DNA of 64,000 bases from Isurus oxyrinchus (GCA_026770705.1 JANJGN010000042.1:3844001-3908000), one strand, 5' to 3'; numbered from the stretch's first letter, positions 37,130 to 48,919 are shown. The notes: a model not told the origin generated them from the letters alone. Numbers and translations: made by a program.

Positions 37130-40100
37130 CCAGATGAAGAGCAAGGTGGTTAACTTTGAATCTCCCTCTAAACATTCTCCGTGTGCAGTCATTTTTATTA
37201 AATGGCCACGAGAATCAGCAACCTGAGCACAGTCAGTAAAGCCAGACGGCATCAACCGAGGCACAGGCAAAGACACAGGCAGTCCAATTAACTGTATAAA
37301 ATTCTCTGAACGATCTTCTGTGGACATCTACCACAATTGAGAAACACTGAACGCAGGCTAGCGGAAACACAAAAACAAAGAACAAAGAAAAGTACAGCAC
37401 AGGGACAGGCCCTTCGGCCCACCAAGCCTGTGCCGATTATATTGCCCGTCAACTAAAACATTTTGTACTTCCGGGGTCCATATCCCTCTCTTCCCATCCT
37501 ATTCATGTATTTGTCAAGCTGCCTCTTAAACATCACTATCGTACCTGCTTCCACCACCTCCTCTAGCAGCGAATTCCAGACACTCACTACACTCTGCATA
37601 AAAATCTTGCCCCGCACATCTCTGTAGTTTTCTCCTCTCACCTTAAATCTATGTCCCCTAGTAATTGAATCTCCCACCCTGGGAAAAAGATTCTGTCTGT
37701 CTACTCTGTCCATGCCACTCATAACTTTGTAAATTTCTATCAAGTCGCCCCTCAATCTCAGTCCCTCCAGTCAGAACAATCAGAGTTTTTCCAACCTCTC
37801 CTCATACCTAATAACCTCCAGACCAGGCAGCATCCTGGTAAACGTCCTCTGCACCCTCTCCAATGCCTCCATATCCTTCTGGTAATGTGGCGACCAGAAT
37901 TGCAAGCAATATTCCAAGTGTAGGCTAACCAAGGTTCTATACAGCTGCAGCATGACTTCCCAGCTTTTATACTCAATACCCCTGCCAATGAAGGCAAGCT
38001 TGCCATATGCCTTCCTGACTACCTTATCCACCTGCGTTGCCACTTTCAGTGACCTGTGGACCTGTATACCCAGATCCCTCTGCCTGTCGATGCACTTAAG
38101 GGTTCTGCCATTTACTGTATAATTCCTACCTGTATTAGACCTTACAAACTAAACACCCGCCTGACATAGTCATGCTCAATGTTAATACCTTCCAACCAAT
38201 ATCCCCACGCCTGATTGACCCACCAGTGATGGCGGGATATTAGTCGGGAAGGAGTGCTCCTGGGGGTCCTCAATATTGACTCCAGGAGTCATGAATACTC
38301 CTGGCATCAGAACAGGCAACAGTGGAAAATCTCCTTTCTAATTCGAGTTATTTCCCTACCTCAACTAATGAATCAGCGCGTCTCCATGTTGAACACAATT
38401 CTGGTGAAACCCTGAGAGCAGAAAAGGAAATGGAACTTCAATGCACATCAGCAAGAATGGCTCGATACCAATACTGACTGAGCTAGCCGAGTCACGAAGG
38501 ACATATCTACCAGACCGTGCCCCTGGAAGGTGTTGAGAGAACACAAGGAGAAAACTTACTTGAGACGGCGCTCATTACTCTACCTGGCACAGATAGATCT
38601 CTCCACATCAGTATTGATGAGAGTGTCCACCGTACTTTTCTTTTGGATACAAAGACCCATCTTCAGACTGAGAGCACCACCCGCGATGTTGTGTGGCATA
38701 ATCATCATGCTAAATGCGATAGATTTGGAGAATATTTGGCAATTAAAACCTTGCATCAGTGAGGCCATTAGCTTGAGCAACATTCTCATCCCCCCACAAT
38801 ATGCACGTCATGGGATGTATAACCCTCACTCTACCATTAGGATGAAGCCAGGGGATCAACGGTTGTTCAGTGATGAATTTAGAGCAGTAGATCAGATGCA
38901 GCAACAAGAAGATCTAAAAATGGGGCGTCAGCCTGATCAAGCTGTAACATGGTGGAAAATTGCTGAACAAACCCAATGCGGCCCATTGACCCTCAATCAT
39001 TGTACTCTCAGCCAGCAGCAACCTGATGGAAGGTGTCATTGACGGAGCAATCAAACAGCAGCTCATCACCAACAAGCTGCTCAACAATGCTCAGTTTAGG
39101 CTTCACAAGGGCCTTTCAGTTCCCGACTACATCACGTTGTTGATCTGAACAAAGACAAACAGCTGAATCCTAATATGAGAGTGAATGCCCTTGACATCAA
39201 GGTAGCATTTCACACATTGTGGCGCCAAGGAGCATTAGCAACATTGCAGTCAATGGCAATCTGGGGGAAACTCATTGGAATCATACCTAGCACAAATGAA
39301 AATGATTGCTGTTGCTGGAGGCCAAAAGCCCCACACCAGAGCATCGCTCTCGGAGTTCCTCAGGAAAGTGTCCTAGGCCCAGCCATCCTCAGTTGCTTCA
39401 TCAATGACCTTATTTCCATAATCTTGTCAGAAGTAGCGATGTTCACGAATGTTGGCACAATTTTCAGCATCATTCACGATGCTTCAGATACTGAAGCAGT
39501 TCATGCCCCCATGCAGAAAAAAAAACATTTGGACAATATTAAACCTTTGGCTGATGAGTGGAAAGTGACATAACGTGTTACAAGTGCCAGGCAGTGACGA
39601 TCTCCATCAGGAGAGAATCTAACCGTCTCCCGTTGTCATTCATCGACATTAGCATCGCAGAATCCAACACCAGCAACACTGTGGGGGCCACAGCAGTAAA
39701 TTAAGTTAACTGAACCAGCAACATATATGAAGAATCTAGAAAAGGTCAGAGGCAGCACATTGTATGGCGAGCGATGCACCTCAAGTTTCTCCACAATCTG
39801 TCCACAATGTCCATGCAATTTTTAGGAAAGTAATTGAATATCTCAGCTTGCCTGGATCAGGGAAGTTCCAACAAAACACTTGCCGAGCAGGCCCGAGAAA
39901 CCACATTATCTTCTCCTAATACTATTTCTTATATTCGGAAGAAGGAAGACACCAAGTAGGAAAAATCATCGCGCCTGATTGGCCACCCCATCCGGCGTTT
40001 ATAAATCCATTCCCTCCAGCACCACTGCACAAATACAGCAGTGTGCACCATCTACAAAATACACGGTGGCAACTCGCCAACTGTTCTTTGACAGCCCGTG

Positions 40101-40260
40101 CAAGCCCCTGACTACTAACACCTAGAGGAGCAAGTGTGACAGACCCATGGAAAGACATATAAGTTCCCCTCAAGGCCAAACACCACATTGGCTTGGAAAT
40201 ATGTTGTTATTTCTTCACCGTCGCTGGGTCAAAACCCTGAAATCCCTATTTTACAGCAAT
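37130..40260 (+). mobile_element. Near-full-length, old, degraded family-A LINE, interrupted by a CR1 insertion
   Basis: Endonuclease remnants on both sides of the insertion (…aggctagc / cctgacatagtc…); RT remnants ALDIKVAF and GVPQESVLGPAILSCFINDL; 3' part homologous to 4400-4650. Confidence 0.8.
37371..38150 (-). mobile_element. Young 5'-truncated CR1 with 6-bp target-site duplication
   Basis: ORFs 37780..38043 and 37453..37755 give a near-intact CR1 C-terminus; AAACAC at 37365-70 and 38151-56. Confidence 0.9.
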
Positions 40261-42170
40261 GAATCATAGGGTCATAGAAATCCACAATACGGAAGAGGGA
40301 CATTCGTCCCAGCGAACAAGCAGTAATCAGCCTTGTCAACTTTCCAGCTCTTGGTCTGTAACCTTTTAGGTTGTTTCACTTCAAGTTTTTACAACTCTTT
40401 CACATCATGAGTTTTAGATTCCCATCATCCTTTGGGTGAAAACATTTGCCGTGACCTATTTACTCTAGAATGAAGGGGTCGACAGTACTTTAGCCAGATT
40501 TGCTGATGATACCAAGCTGGAAAAGGAACTAGGTTCTGAGGAGGACACTAAGAGGCCACAATGACATATTGGTAAGCTGAGTGATTGTGCTGATGGAATA
40601 TAAGGTTGGAAAAATATGAGTTTGACTAATTTTGCCGGATAAGTCGAAAGGCAACATGTTATTGACTGCAGAATTCTTCGGTGCAGAGAGATCTGTGTGT
40701 GTTTGTACACGGATCACACAAAGCATGCGGGCACAGCAAGGAGTTATGGAGGCAAAGAGAATAACCTCTTTTATGCAGCATTGTGTTACCTCAGCTTCCT
40801 TTGTTCAAAAGTAAACAAACCTAACCTATCCTCCCAAATAGCAATCCTCCTGCAGTCGAGGCAATGTCGTCATAAATCTCCGCTGTAACGTTTCTAGCCC
40901 AATCAAATCTTTCATATTGTTCCTGGCCCAGGGCTGCACCGAACACTCTAACTCGGGCCTAACTATTGTTTTACACAGTTCCAGCAGGACGTCTCAACTC
41001 GTATATTCTATGCCTCGGAGAATAAAGGCAAGAATCCCATCTGTTTCTTGATCAATTTATCTACCTGTCAGGCACCTTTACGAATATCTGCATTCGATAG
41101 TCCCACTTTACTTCTCAGTGTCGTATCATTCGTGAATCAGTGGCAGTCACTATCTCAGAATGCACTGGATGCCGGGGTGCTGAATAAATTTAAGGAGGAG
41201 AAAGACAGATTTTTAATTAGTAATGGGTTGAAAGGTTACAGGGAGAGGATGGGAAATTGGAGTTGAGGCCGAAATGAGATCAGCTATGATCGTAATGAAT
41301 AGCGGGGCAGGCTCGGTGGGCGGAATTGCCAACTCTTGCTCCTCGTACTTATGTTTTATTTACTGTTTATTACTTTATCTTGTTAGCTTTCCTTAAATGC
41401 ACTACCTCGCAATCATCTCTAAGCCATTCTTATGTCTACCTGACTGGTCGATTTCCTGCAGTATACAGCTTTTTGCTCAATTCTTAATCACACAGCCAAT
41501 TTGTGTATCATCTAAAGCCTTCTTAATCATGCTCTTTTCAGTCATGTGCAAGTAATTGATACATGCAAGAAAAGGCAAGTGTCCTATTACTAAGGCCTGG
41601 GGGATACCACTCCCATTTACAGAAACACCCCGTGTCATTTACCGTTTGCTTCCTGGCATTGAACCAATTTTGGATTTACCTCGCCGCTTTGCCTTGGATC
41701 ACATTGGCTTTTAATTTCAGAACCGCTCTGCCATGTAGAACCTGCTCATTTTAAAATCCATATACACTACATCGAATGCATTGTTTCCATCTGCACTCCT
41801 TATTATACCTTCAAAATATTTATGCATAATAGTCAGACTCGCCCTTCGTTTAACAAATTCTTGCTGTCCAGCTTTGCTTACTCAGTGTCATTCTAAATGT
41901 CTCTTAGAATGTTCTCTTTCCAATACTATTCCCTGCTCCAAGATTATATTCAGTGTCCTGTAATTACTCAGTCTTATACCTTTCTGCGTTTTGAACAAGG
42001 GCACAACGTTAGCTGTCCTGTCGCCCTGTCTCAGTGCCTGAAGTTGCAAAGGATTATAAAGTCATGGTCATTCTTATGCCGAGGGTACAATTCTGGCGAG
42101 CCTTGGCATTTATGCATTTTAAAAGGTATTAAACCGCTTGATACTTTCAAAATGGTGGCAATTCGCCATT
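40260..42170. mobile_element. Patchwork of degraded CR1 fragments on both strands
   Basis: FADDTKLE remnant near 40500; VLNKFKEEKDRFLISNGLKGY near 41200; minus-strand RT remnants. Confidence 0.65.
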
Positions 42171-42371
42171 TCTAAAGGGGAATTGGGAGTCGGTAGACAT
42201 GTTTGACTTAACAACTATTCCAAATCAGTCGATAATAAATAAGTAAAACATTAGAGACTGTCTAATGTAATATAAACCATCCATGCCCATCCCTACATTA
42301 CACTAGGCCCTTTTTCAGTTATTGCCGCCTGAGGCAGTGCTGGTTTGGTATAATTTAGGCAAATCAACTTA

Positions 42372-42405
42372 CACTGTCACCTGGTGGCCAATCGTTGCCA
42401 TTACT
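42372..42405 (-). promoter_or_regulatory. Candidate extended CTCF site, reverse
   Basis: Minus strand reads AGTAATGGC-N6-TGGCCACCAGGTGACAGTG. Confidence 0.6.
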
Positions 42406-43049
42406 GCTATCGTGAAAATGTCGACGTTCGTACTGTTGTTGATAGAAACGTATCAACAAACAAATTTGCACTTACACTCAACGCATTTTTAATGAAAGGG
42501 AATTAAATGCTGTAAAAATAACTGGTGAAGCAAATCCACCTTTGTGGATGTAACTTGCAAACATTAGGAATAATGTGTCTTGTATGCACACACTCACAGA
42601 CACAAATAGACGCAGATACATATGTTGAGGCTCAGTCACACAACCAGTAACACGGAAAACGTGAATGTAAAGGCCCTCAGGAGAAACATTCCTTAACATT
42701 AAAACACGGTGTACAATAGACACAACAGAGATTTCCACTAATCTTTATGAACTGCAATGCGCTCTGGCTCACCTATCCTTCAGTCCCTCAATCCAGTTCA
42801 AATTTCCGAGATTGTCATAAGATTCGACCAGTACTTTCAACAAAACTGTGACATAACACCAGAGCAATGAGAAATTGTACACAGCTCCTGATCGCTGTGA
42901 CCAAGACTAAACGTATTTTACAACAAACAAAAATCCATCTTCCCACCCAGTCAAATATATGTTCTTTAATTATTATGAGACATACTTCTCCCTTCATCCA
43001 TCTGTCCATTTACCTATCACAGAAAAAAATGCTGTACCACAATAACTGA

Positions 43050-43945
43050 CATTGGCAATAGATTAATATAAACAAAGTGTCCAGTGCTGTCATTACAGAA
43101 AAGAGGCCTTATTTAACATAAACAGCGATAAGGACTCCTGCACTCTGAACAGTTTAGTCCATGAATAACTATGGCAGACCCCGTCGAATATAAACAGGGA
43201 GATGGCCTCATGCACTTTAAAGGTGGGCATAAAATAGTGCAGAAATAAAGGAGAAAGGGTCTAGTGTAATATAAATAAGGACATGGATGAGTGCAATATA
43301 ACCAGACACATGCGTCAGTGCAGCAATAATTGAAAAAGTGCCTAGTGTAAAGGATGGATGCGCACAGAGTTTATTGCACCAATGTCCGTGACTGGACCCA
43401 GTAGAATATGGACGGAGACATGGTCAGGTTATGGCCTTGCAAACCCCTTCAGTAACTTGAACACATCTTTTAAAACATCTCTTAACTCTCTCTGCTCTAG
43501 GATGCTATTTCTATCGTTTTTCCACATAACGGAAGCCCCTCACCCCATTTTGATAAATCCTTCGACAGCATCTTCAGAACCCGAGAGCTCTGCGACATAG
43601 AAGGACAAGGACAGCAGGTGAATGGAAGCACCAGCAACTGCTAGTGCCGCTCCAAGTCACACACAATATTCTGATTTGGAAATATAGATTTTTTTCCTTC
43701 GTTGGTATTGAGTCAAAACCCCAGAGCTCCCTTCCCACCAAAACTGTTTTTGGATTTGAAACACACACAAGGCGGCTCACCAACACATTCTCCAGGGCAA
43801 TTAGGTATGGCTAGTAAATGTCGGCCTTGACAGAAATGTCAAAATCTGAGAACGAAGTAGAACTAGCAATAACTGAGTGAAGGTCTGCTGTGATATAAAC
43901 ATAGACATGCTATGGAGCAGTAATAATTGAGGCAATGTATGTATG
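43050..43945 (+). repeat. Degenerate satellite block interrupted by LINE fragments (~43430-43850)
   Basis: attaatataaac and gggtctagtgtaatataaa units. Confidence 0.65.
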
Positions 43946-43969
43946 TTTCCATGGAAGAAATCGCGATAG

Positions 43970-44003
43970 CACTGCCACATGGTGGCGAAAGATTGCCATT
44001 GCT
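43970..44003 (-). promoter_or_regulatory. Candidate extended CTCF site, reverse
   Basis: Minus strand reads AGCAATGGC-N6-TCGCCACCATGTGGCAGTG. Confidence 0.55.
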
Positions 44004-44258
44004 GTTACTGTAAAATGCCTTCATCAGTTATTGTCACTTATATTAACGCACCAAAACCAAGCTACAATGATATACAAGATCATTACATTCTCCAGGGGGT
44101 GGCAAAGGATAACAATGCAAAGGATTCCATCTGAGTGAAGCTTTGTTGCGCAAAGAAACATTAGCAAAAGGACAATGTGGTTCAAATCCTGTTAATTTAT
44201 ATTAATGTACATTTATTGGCGTTAATTGAAGGGAGGACTTTTGATCAGGGAACATTTA

Positions 44259-44335
44259 TGTGTGTGTGTGTGTGTGTGTACGTCTGTGTGTGTGCGTGTG
44301 TGTGTGAGTGTGTATGTGCGCGTGTGTGTGTACAT
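44259..44335. repeat. Imperfect (TG)n microsatellite
   Basis: Directly visible. Confidence 0.95.
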
Positions 44336-44819
44336 CTGTGTTTGTCTGCCTGTATCTCTGTTTGTCTGCTTGTTTACTTATGTGCCTGTGCGTGTTTGTC
44401 TAAACACATCATTCTTAATGTTTCTATGTGAATTCTGCAAAGGTAAATGATTTTGTTTTCCAGTTATGTTTCTATATTTTATTCCCTTTGATTAAAAATA
44501 TAATTTTAGGTCCTGTAATATCCTTAATGTGCATTGATTATCCATTTATTTTGTTCTCATATTTAGATCGCATTGTCCCACCGATCTGTTACCAAGGCAA
44601 TGTCTGTCCTCAGAAATCATTTGTGAAAAGTGATTATATCGGAGCATGCATAACGTGTATGAACACATTGTTCTTTGTGACAGATTGTTAGTTGATCAAA
44701 AGCACATCTCACGGGACCTTGTATTGATTTCTGTATGTTGCAGTAAAAGTGAGAATCTCACTATCCGTGACCTGAGATTAATAAAACATTTCCTTCAGTC
44801 AGAAAGAAATCGAATTATA

Positions 44820-45400
44820 TCCAACAACCATTTGCAACTATATAGCCCCTTTAATGTCGTAAATCGCTGCACGTTGATTCACCAGACCACTAACAGGCCA
44901 AGTCTGACACCGAGTCACGTAAGGAGACACAAGGGCGGATGACCATACATTAGGTCAACGACGTAACTTTTAGTGAGGATAGTAAAGGAGGAGAGAGGGA
45001 GAAGGGGTTTATGAGTGAATTCCATGGCTTAGGGCCAAGGCAGTTGGCAACAAGTGATAAAATTCACGGATACAAAAGATGTGAGAATTCGAGGAGGGAA
45101 GGGGGAGGATTGTGAGGCTGAAGGAGCTGATAGGGATGGGAGTGGTGGTGGTAATGTCGGGGGAGAGGTGGTGGAGGCCATGGAGGGAGTTTAACAATTG
45201 TGATAATTTTATTACTGATGCATTCCTTAACCGAGAACCGCTGTGAATCAGGGAGAATAGGGTTGATGGGCCAACTGGACATGTCTGCCTTAAGATATGG
45301 GCAAGAGCATTTAGCTTGAGCTCCTATTTATGGAAGGTAGACTCTGGGGGGATGGTCAGGAAACCATTGGAATATTCAGGTCTGAAGTGACAAAGAGTTC
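44820..45400 (-). mobile_element. L2-type LINE 3' end
   Basis: Tail tttgcaactatatagcccc resembles the SINE tails at 47310 and 58690; purine-rich plus strand as expected for an inverted L2 3' end. Confidence 0.55.
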
Positions 45401-46000
45401 GATGGGAGTTTTAATCCACTGCCTATGTCATGTAGACCCAGAAACAGGGAATAATTAATTGGGTTTCTGCTCCTATGTCTGTCGGTGTCATATAGGACCA
45501 GTAACAAATAATCATTCCTAGGGTTTGTGCTCGCATGACTGCCTGTATCAAATAGGCCCAACATCTGGAGATAATGCCCAGGGCTTGTGATTCAATGTGT
45601 GTCTGTGTGACTTGGGACCAGCACCTGGGAATCATTAATATGACGTGTGATTCAAGGGCACTTCGTATCAGATAATCCCTGCACCTATTAGCAATTCCCA
45701 GGTTTTGAACAACTAAACGGTCATACATCAGCAAATCCAGGTTCTGGGGACAATTCCCAGCGTTTATCTTCTCTGGTGAGTCTGCTGGGCCCAGGTGCTT
45801 GATACTAACCCCAGGATCTATGGTCCCTGATGCGTCTAACATCCCCCAGTCTCTAGGAATCACATTCAGGATTTGTGCTCCCTGGAGTGTCAGATGGTTT
45901 CTGTCACAATTGCCTCATGATCTGAAGATCTTTCCCAGGATTCATACCCCGGTACTTCAGAGAGGATACAGGTTCTGGGAAGCAATCTCAAGGTATGAAT
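45400..46000. repeat. Highly diverged 60-bp tandem repeat
   Basis: Lines starting 45421, 45481, 45541, 45601 and 45661 align in register (tgtca..ag.cca....ggga at.att.c.agggtttgtg). Confidence 0.75.
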
Positions 46001-46074
46001 TCATTCGAAATGAACGTCCATATACCCAATGGAGATGAACCTGGACTGTTTGGGCACATTGTTGCTAGGCAGAT

Positions 46075-46260
46075 CTGTGTATAAATAGGTTCCTTTGCTA
46101 ACAGCTGGGTTCTTGTTGCCTTGCTCTATTTGATCTGTGAGCAGGAAACTGGTTGTTGAAGTTTCTGCACAGCAGCCACAGATGTTTCCTGTAAATTGAA
46201 ATGTGAATATTCTCTCCTCCCTGATGGTGGAATGCTGGATTCCTGTCACTGCCTGTTGGG
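46075..46260. promoter_or_regulatory. Candidate upstream enhancer of the VH promoter
   Basis: GTATAAATAG 46079-88 (MEF2-like), CAGCTG 46102-07, CAGGAAAC 46142-49 and overlapping AGCCACAGATGTTTCCTG 46174-91 (RUNX/E-box/ETS). Confidence 0.35.
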
Positions 46261-47309
46261 CAGAGATATGGGATGAACGTGTTGTTCAACAAACTGGGAA
46301 TAAATTTAGCAGCAAATGAATCGTTAGGCAATCTTAATCTAAATTGCATTTCTTATGAGATGATATTAAGGAAACTGCGTTTTGTGTATGGCAGGTGCAG
46401 AACAGACTAAATGCGGCAACAACAGTACAATGAATTCGGGATTTTAATTAATTAAGGCCAGTTTGATTCTGATAATTGCGAAGTTCTTTCACAATCCTGT
46501 AACATGGAATGCCAGCTGAGCTGGTATCACACAGATATAAATAACACATTAACTACTCTGATACTAAAGTTTGATTCATTTAACAATTTTGTAATTTACC
46601 CAATGGTCTGCAGACGGTGGAGTCACAATCCCAATCTGGAGACTGGGAACTCATATTATTCACTGAACTGTTAGTACAATTGTAATGGCAGGCTTTATAT
46701 TTTCATATGTAACCCGTTGGCACATTTGGTCTTGGCACCTGAAAAGCTGAGCACAACTGGCTTGATATCACCATAAATTCAATGATTTCTCATTCTTGGT
46801 GCAAATTAACAACATCAAAAAAAAAATCAAACTCGTGATGCCCCAAATCTCTGAATATAATTTATGGTTTAGTGGGGTCACCCAGATCGATATTGTTTTA
46901 TCTGCATTGCTAAATATTTCCCAATGGTTTGTGGGATAAATCTGTCACATCAATTAGAAAGATAGACATGGTGATTTAATTCTTAACTAAACAGGGTTCA
47001 GCTGCACTGTGCAGCGTCATCACACACACATTCCTCGGTGCAAATCTCAACTTCTCCCATTTAGAATCATTCACTGTGAAATGAAAGAACAATATTCACA
47101 CTGGTGACCAGAAAGCCAGTGGAAAATTGATTCACGGAGGATTGTTTTAAAGTGAAGCTTCACATTTCACGATGGATTATATCTGAAATTAAGTGACATT
47201 ATTCCGAAACTGTCGATGTCTTGGGACAAATATAATAGCTTTCTCTGAACAAATATCAGTAACATTTGTATCTTTTATCACACAGATAGGGGAACATAGA
47301 AATAAAGAA

Positions 47310-47600
47310 GACATACATTTAACCAGTGCATTTCACAACCACAGGATACCTTAAAGCGCTTTATAGGCAATGAAGATTTGTTTGTTTATTTATAAACCTA
47401 TAATCACCATTGTATTGCAAGGAAAGACAACCGTGAATTTACGTATAGGAGGATCCAACAAACTGCGCTGTGATAAATCACTAGATAAGCTGATTTTGGG
47501 ATGTTGGCTGAACGAGAAATATTGGCCCCAGGGGATCTCTCCCTTCATCTTCGGAATAATTCCATGGGTGTGTTTAGGTCCTTCTGAGAGCAATTAGACA
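47310..47600 (-). mobile_element. DeuSINE-like element
   Basis: Inverted homologue of 32260-32560; related fragments at ~58680-58850 and ~61040-61215. Confidence 0.55.
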
Positions 47601-47754
47601 CTGAGCACATGTGAGGTGTTTATTGGGAATGTAAAGATTCGCACTGAATCAATTTAAACCTGCTTTGGAGAGAGAGTATCACATCCCAAAGGATAAATAG
47701 ACAATCAAAAAGATATGTTTGTGGAACACGGAATATTAATGGTTAATAATTGTT

Positions 47755-47972
47755 TATACAGCTGGATCAGACAGGAAAAGAGAGGAGGAGCCAGGCTGTT
47801 AACTGGGGGAGGAGAGTGACACCCATTATCCAGCTTTGTCTCTCTCTCTCTCTCTCTTATTTGACTCGAGCTGGTATAAATAGCGGGACGGTTCAGCTCC
47901 TGGTTCACAATCCGCAGGTGTCACTGCGACGGAGAGTCACGCTCCCAAGTCAGTTATACCCAGAGACTGAGG
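47755..47972 (+). promoter_or_regulatory. VH promoter and 5' UTR
   Basis: TATAAATA 47875-82, 98 bp upstream of the ATG; E-boxes at 47759-64 and 47915-20; AGTGACACCC 47815-24; no octamer seen. Confidence 0.65.
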
Positions 47973-48018
47973 ATGGGATTTGCGCTGTGCCTTTGCTTCT
48001 TCTTGGCTTACTTCACCT
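47973..48018 (+). CDS. IGHV: IgM heavy chain leader exon
   Basis: MGFALCLCFFLAYFT plus a phase-1 T; donor GTGAGT at 48019. Confidence 0.93.
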
Positions 48019-48144
48019 GTGAGTATCCCTGACTGTATAAGTGATACAACAGAAGTCTGCTTCTTTTCTGATATCGGTTTGCTATTTCCATTCATTGATT
48101 TGATTGGTATCTAATGTAATTACATTTTTTCCATTCGCTAACAG

Positions 48145-48446
48145 ATGTCCAATCCGCCATCGTGCTGACCCAGCCGGCCTCAGAGACCGCTAAGCCCGGA
48201 CAATCTCGCAAACTGTCCTGTTCAGTGAGCGGTTTCAGTCTGGACAGCTACTATGTGCACTGGGTTAAACAAGTTCCTGGGACAGGGCTGGAGTGGCTCC
48301 TTGCTTACAGAAAACCCTCGGATACCACGTATTATGCTCCTGGAGTCGAAGGTCGAATCATCCCATCAAGAACTTCGTCCACAACTTACATTGAGATCAA
48401 AAATCTGAGACCCGAAGACACTGCGAGGTATTACTGTGCAAGAGAC
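48145..48446 (+). CDS. IGHV: VH gene segment, germline, open frame
   Basis: Acceptor AG 48143-44. Reads (Y)VQS-AIVLTQPASETAKPGQSRKLSCSVSGFSLDSYYVHWVKQVPGTGLEWLLAY...EDTARYYCARD with both canonical Cys, the Trp and GLEW. Confidence 0.97.
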
Positions 48447-48485
48447 CACAGCGACCTGAACAAGCCCAGAACTCGTACATAAACT
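48447..48485 (+). other. VH 23-RSS
   Basis: CACAGCG, 23 bp, ACATAAACT. Confidence 0.93.
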
Positions 48486-48839
48486 GCAGAAGAATAATTA
48501 CAGTGAATCATAGGTCAGTATTAGCTCAAAATAGGTTAAGAGATGTGTTTGAACCTCGATTGAAAAGTTACATTTTCCAAAGCAATAAAGTGACGAAGAA
48601 TAAAAACAAAATGTTGATTAACTCCGTATATTAAAGAGCATAGTTACCGCTTAGAATATGCACAACTGATGACTAGGCGCCAAATCGAAATATTGACAAA
48701 TTATTGCGTGAATGGAGATAATTTTAGCCCAAGGTTCTGCTCCTGATTAAAACTCTTGAATGAATTGTAATCAAAATCTGCAAATCTTCTGCTGACTGAA
48801 GGGTTTTATTTCTTATAGCAACAATCAGTGAGTGAGAGC

Positions 48840-48919
48840 AGTATCTGTGCTGGCTCGTGTCACTGTGATACTACAGTGGGTCACGGTGTTGTGTATAGTG
48901 AACTCCTCATACAAATAGC
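48840..48919 (+). other. IGHD: D1 segment (48868-48881, ATACTACAGTGGGT) with 5' 12-RSS and 3' 22-RSS
   Basis: AGTATCTGT-12-CACTGTG | D1 | CACGGTG-22-ACAAATAGC. Confidence 0.92.

Noticed and set aside
36894-37327. Gly-rich ORFs (also the Pro/Gly-rich ORFs at 2615-2846)
   Set aside because: Translations of C-rich tracts.
130-47700. Additional V, D, J or C segments upstream
   Set aside because: No Ig-domain ORF or complete RSS-flanked segment found; the remaining ORFs are LINE remnants or random.
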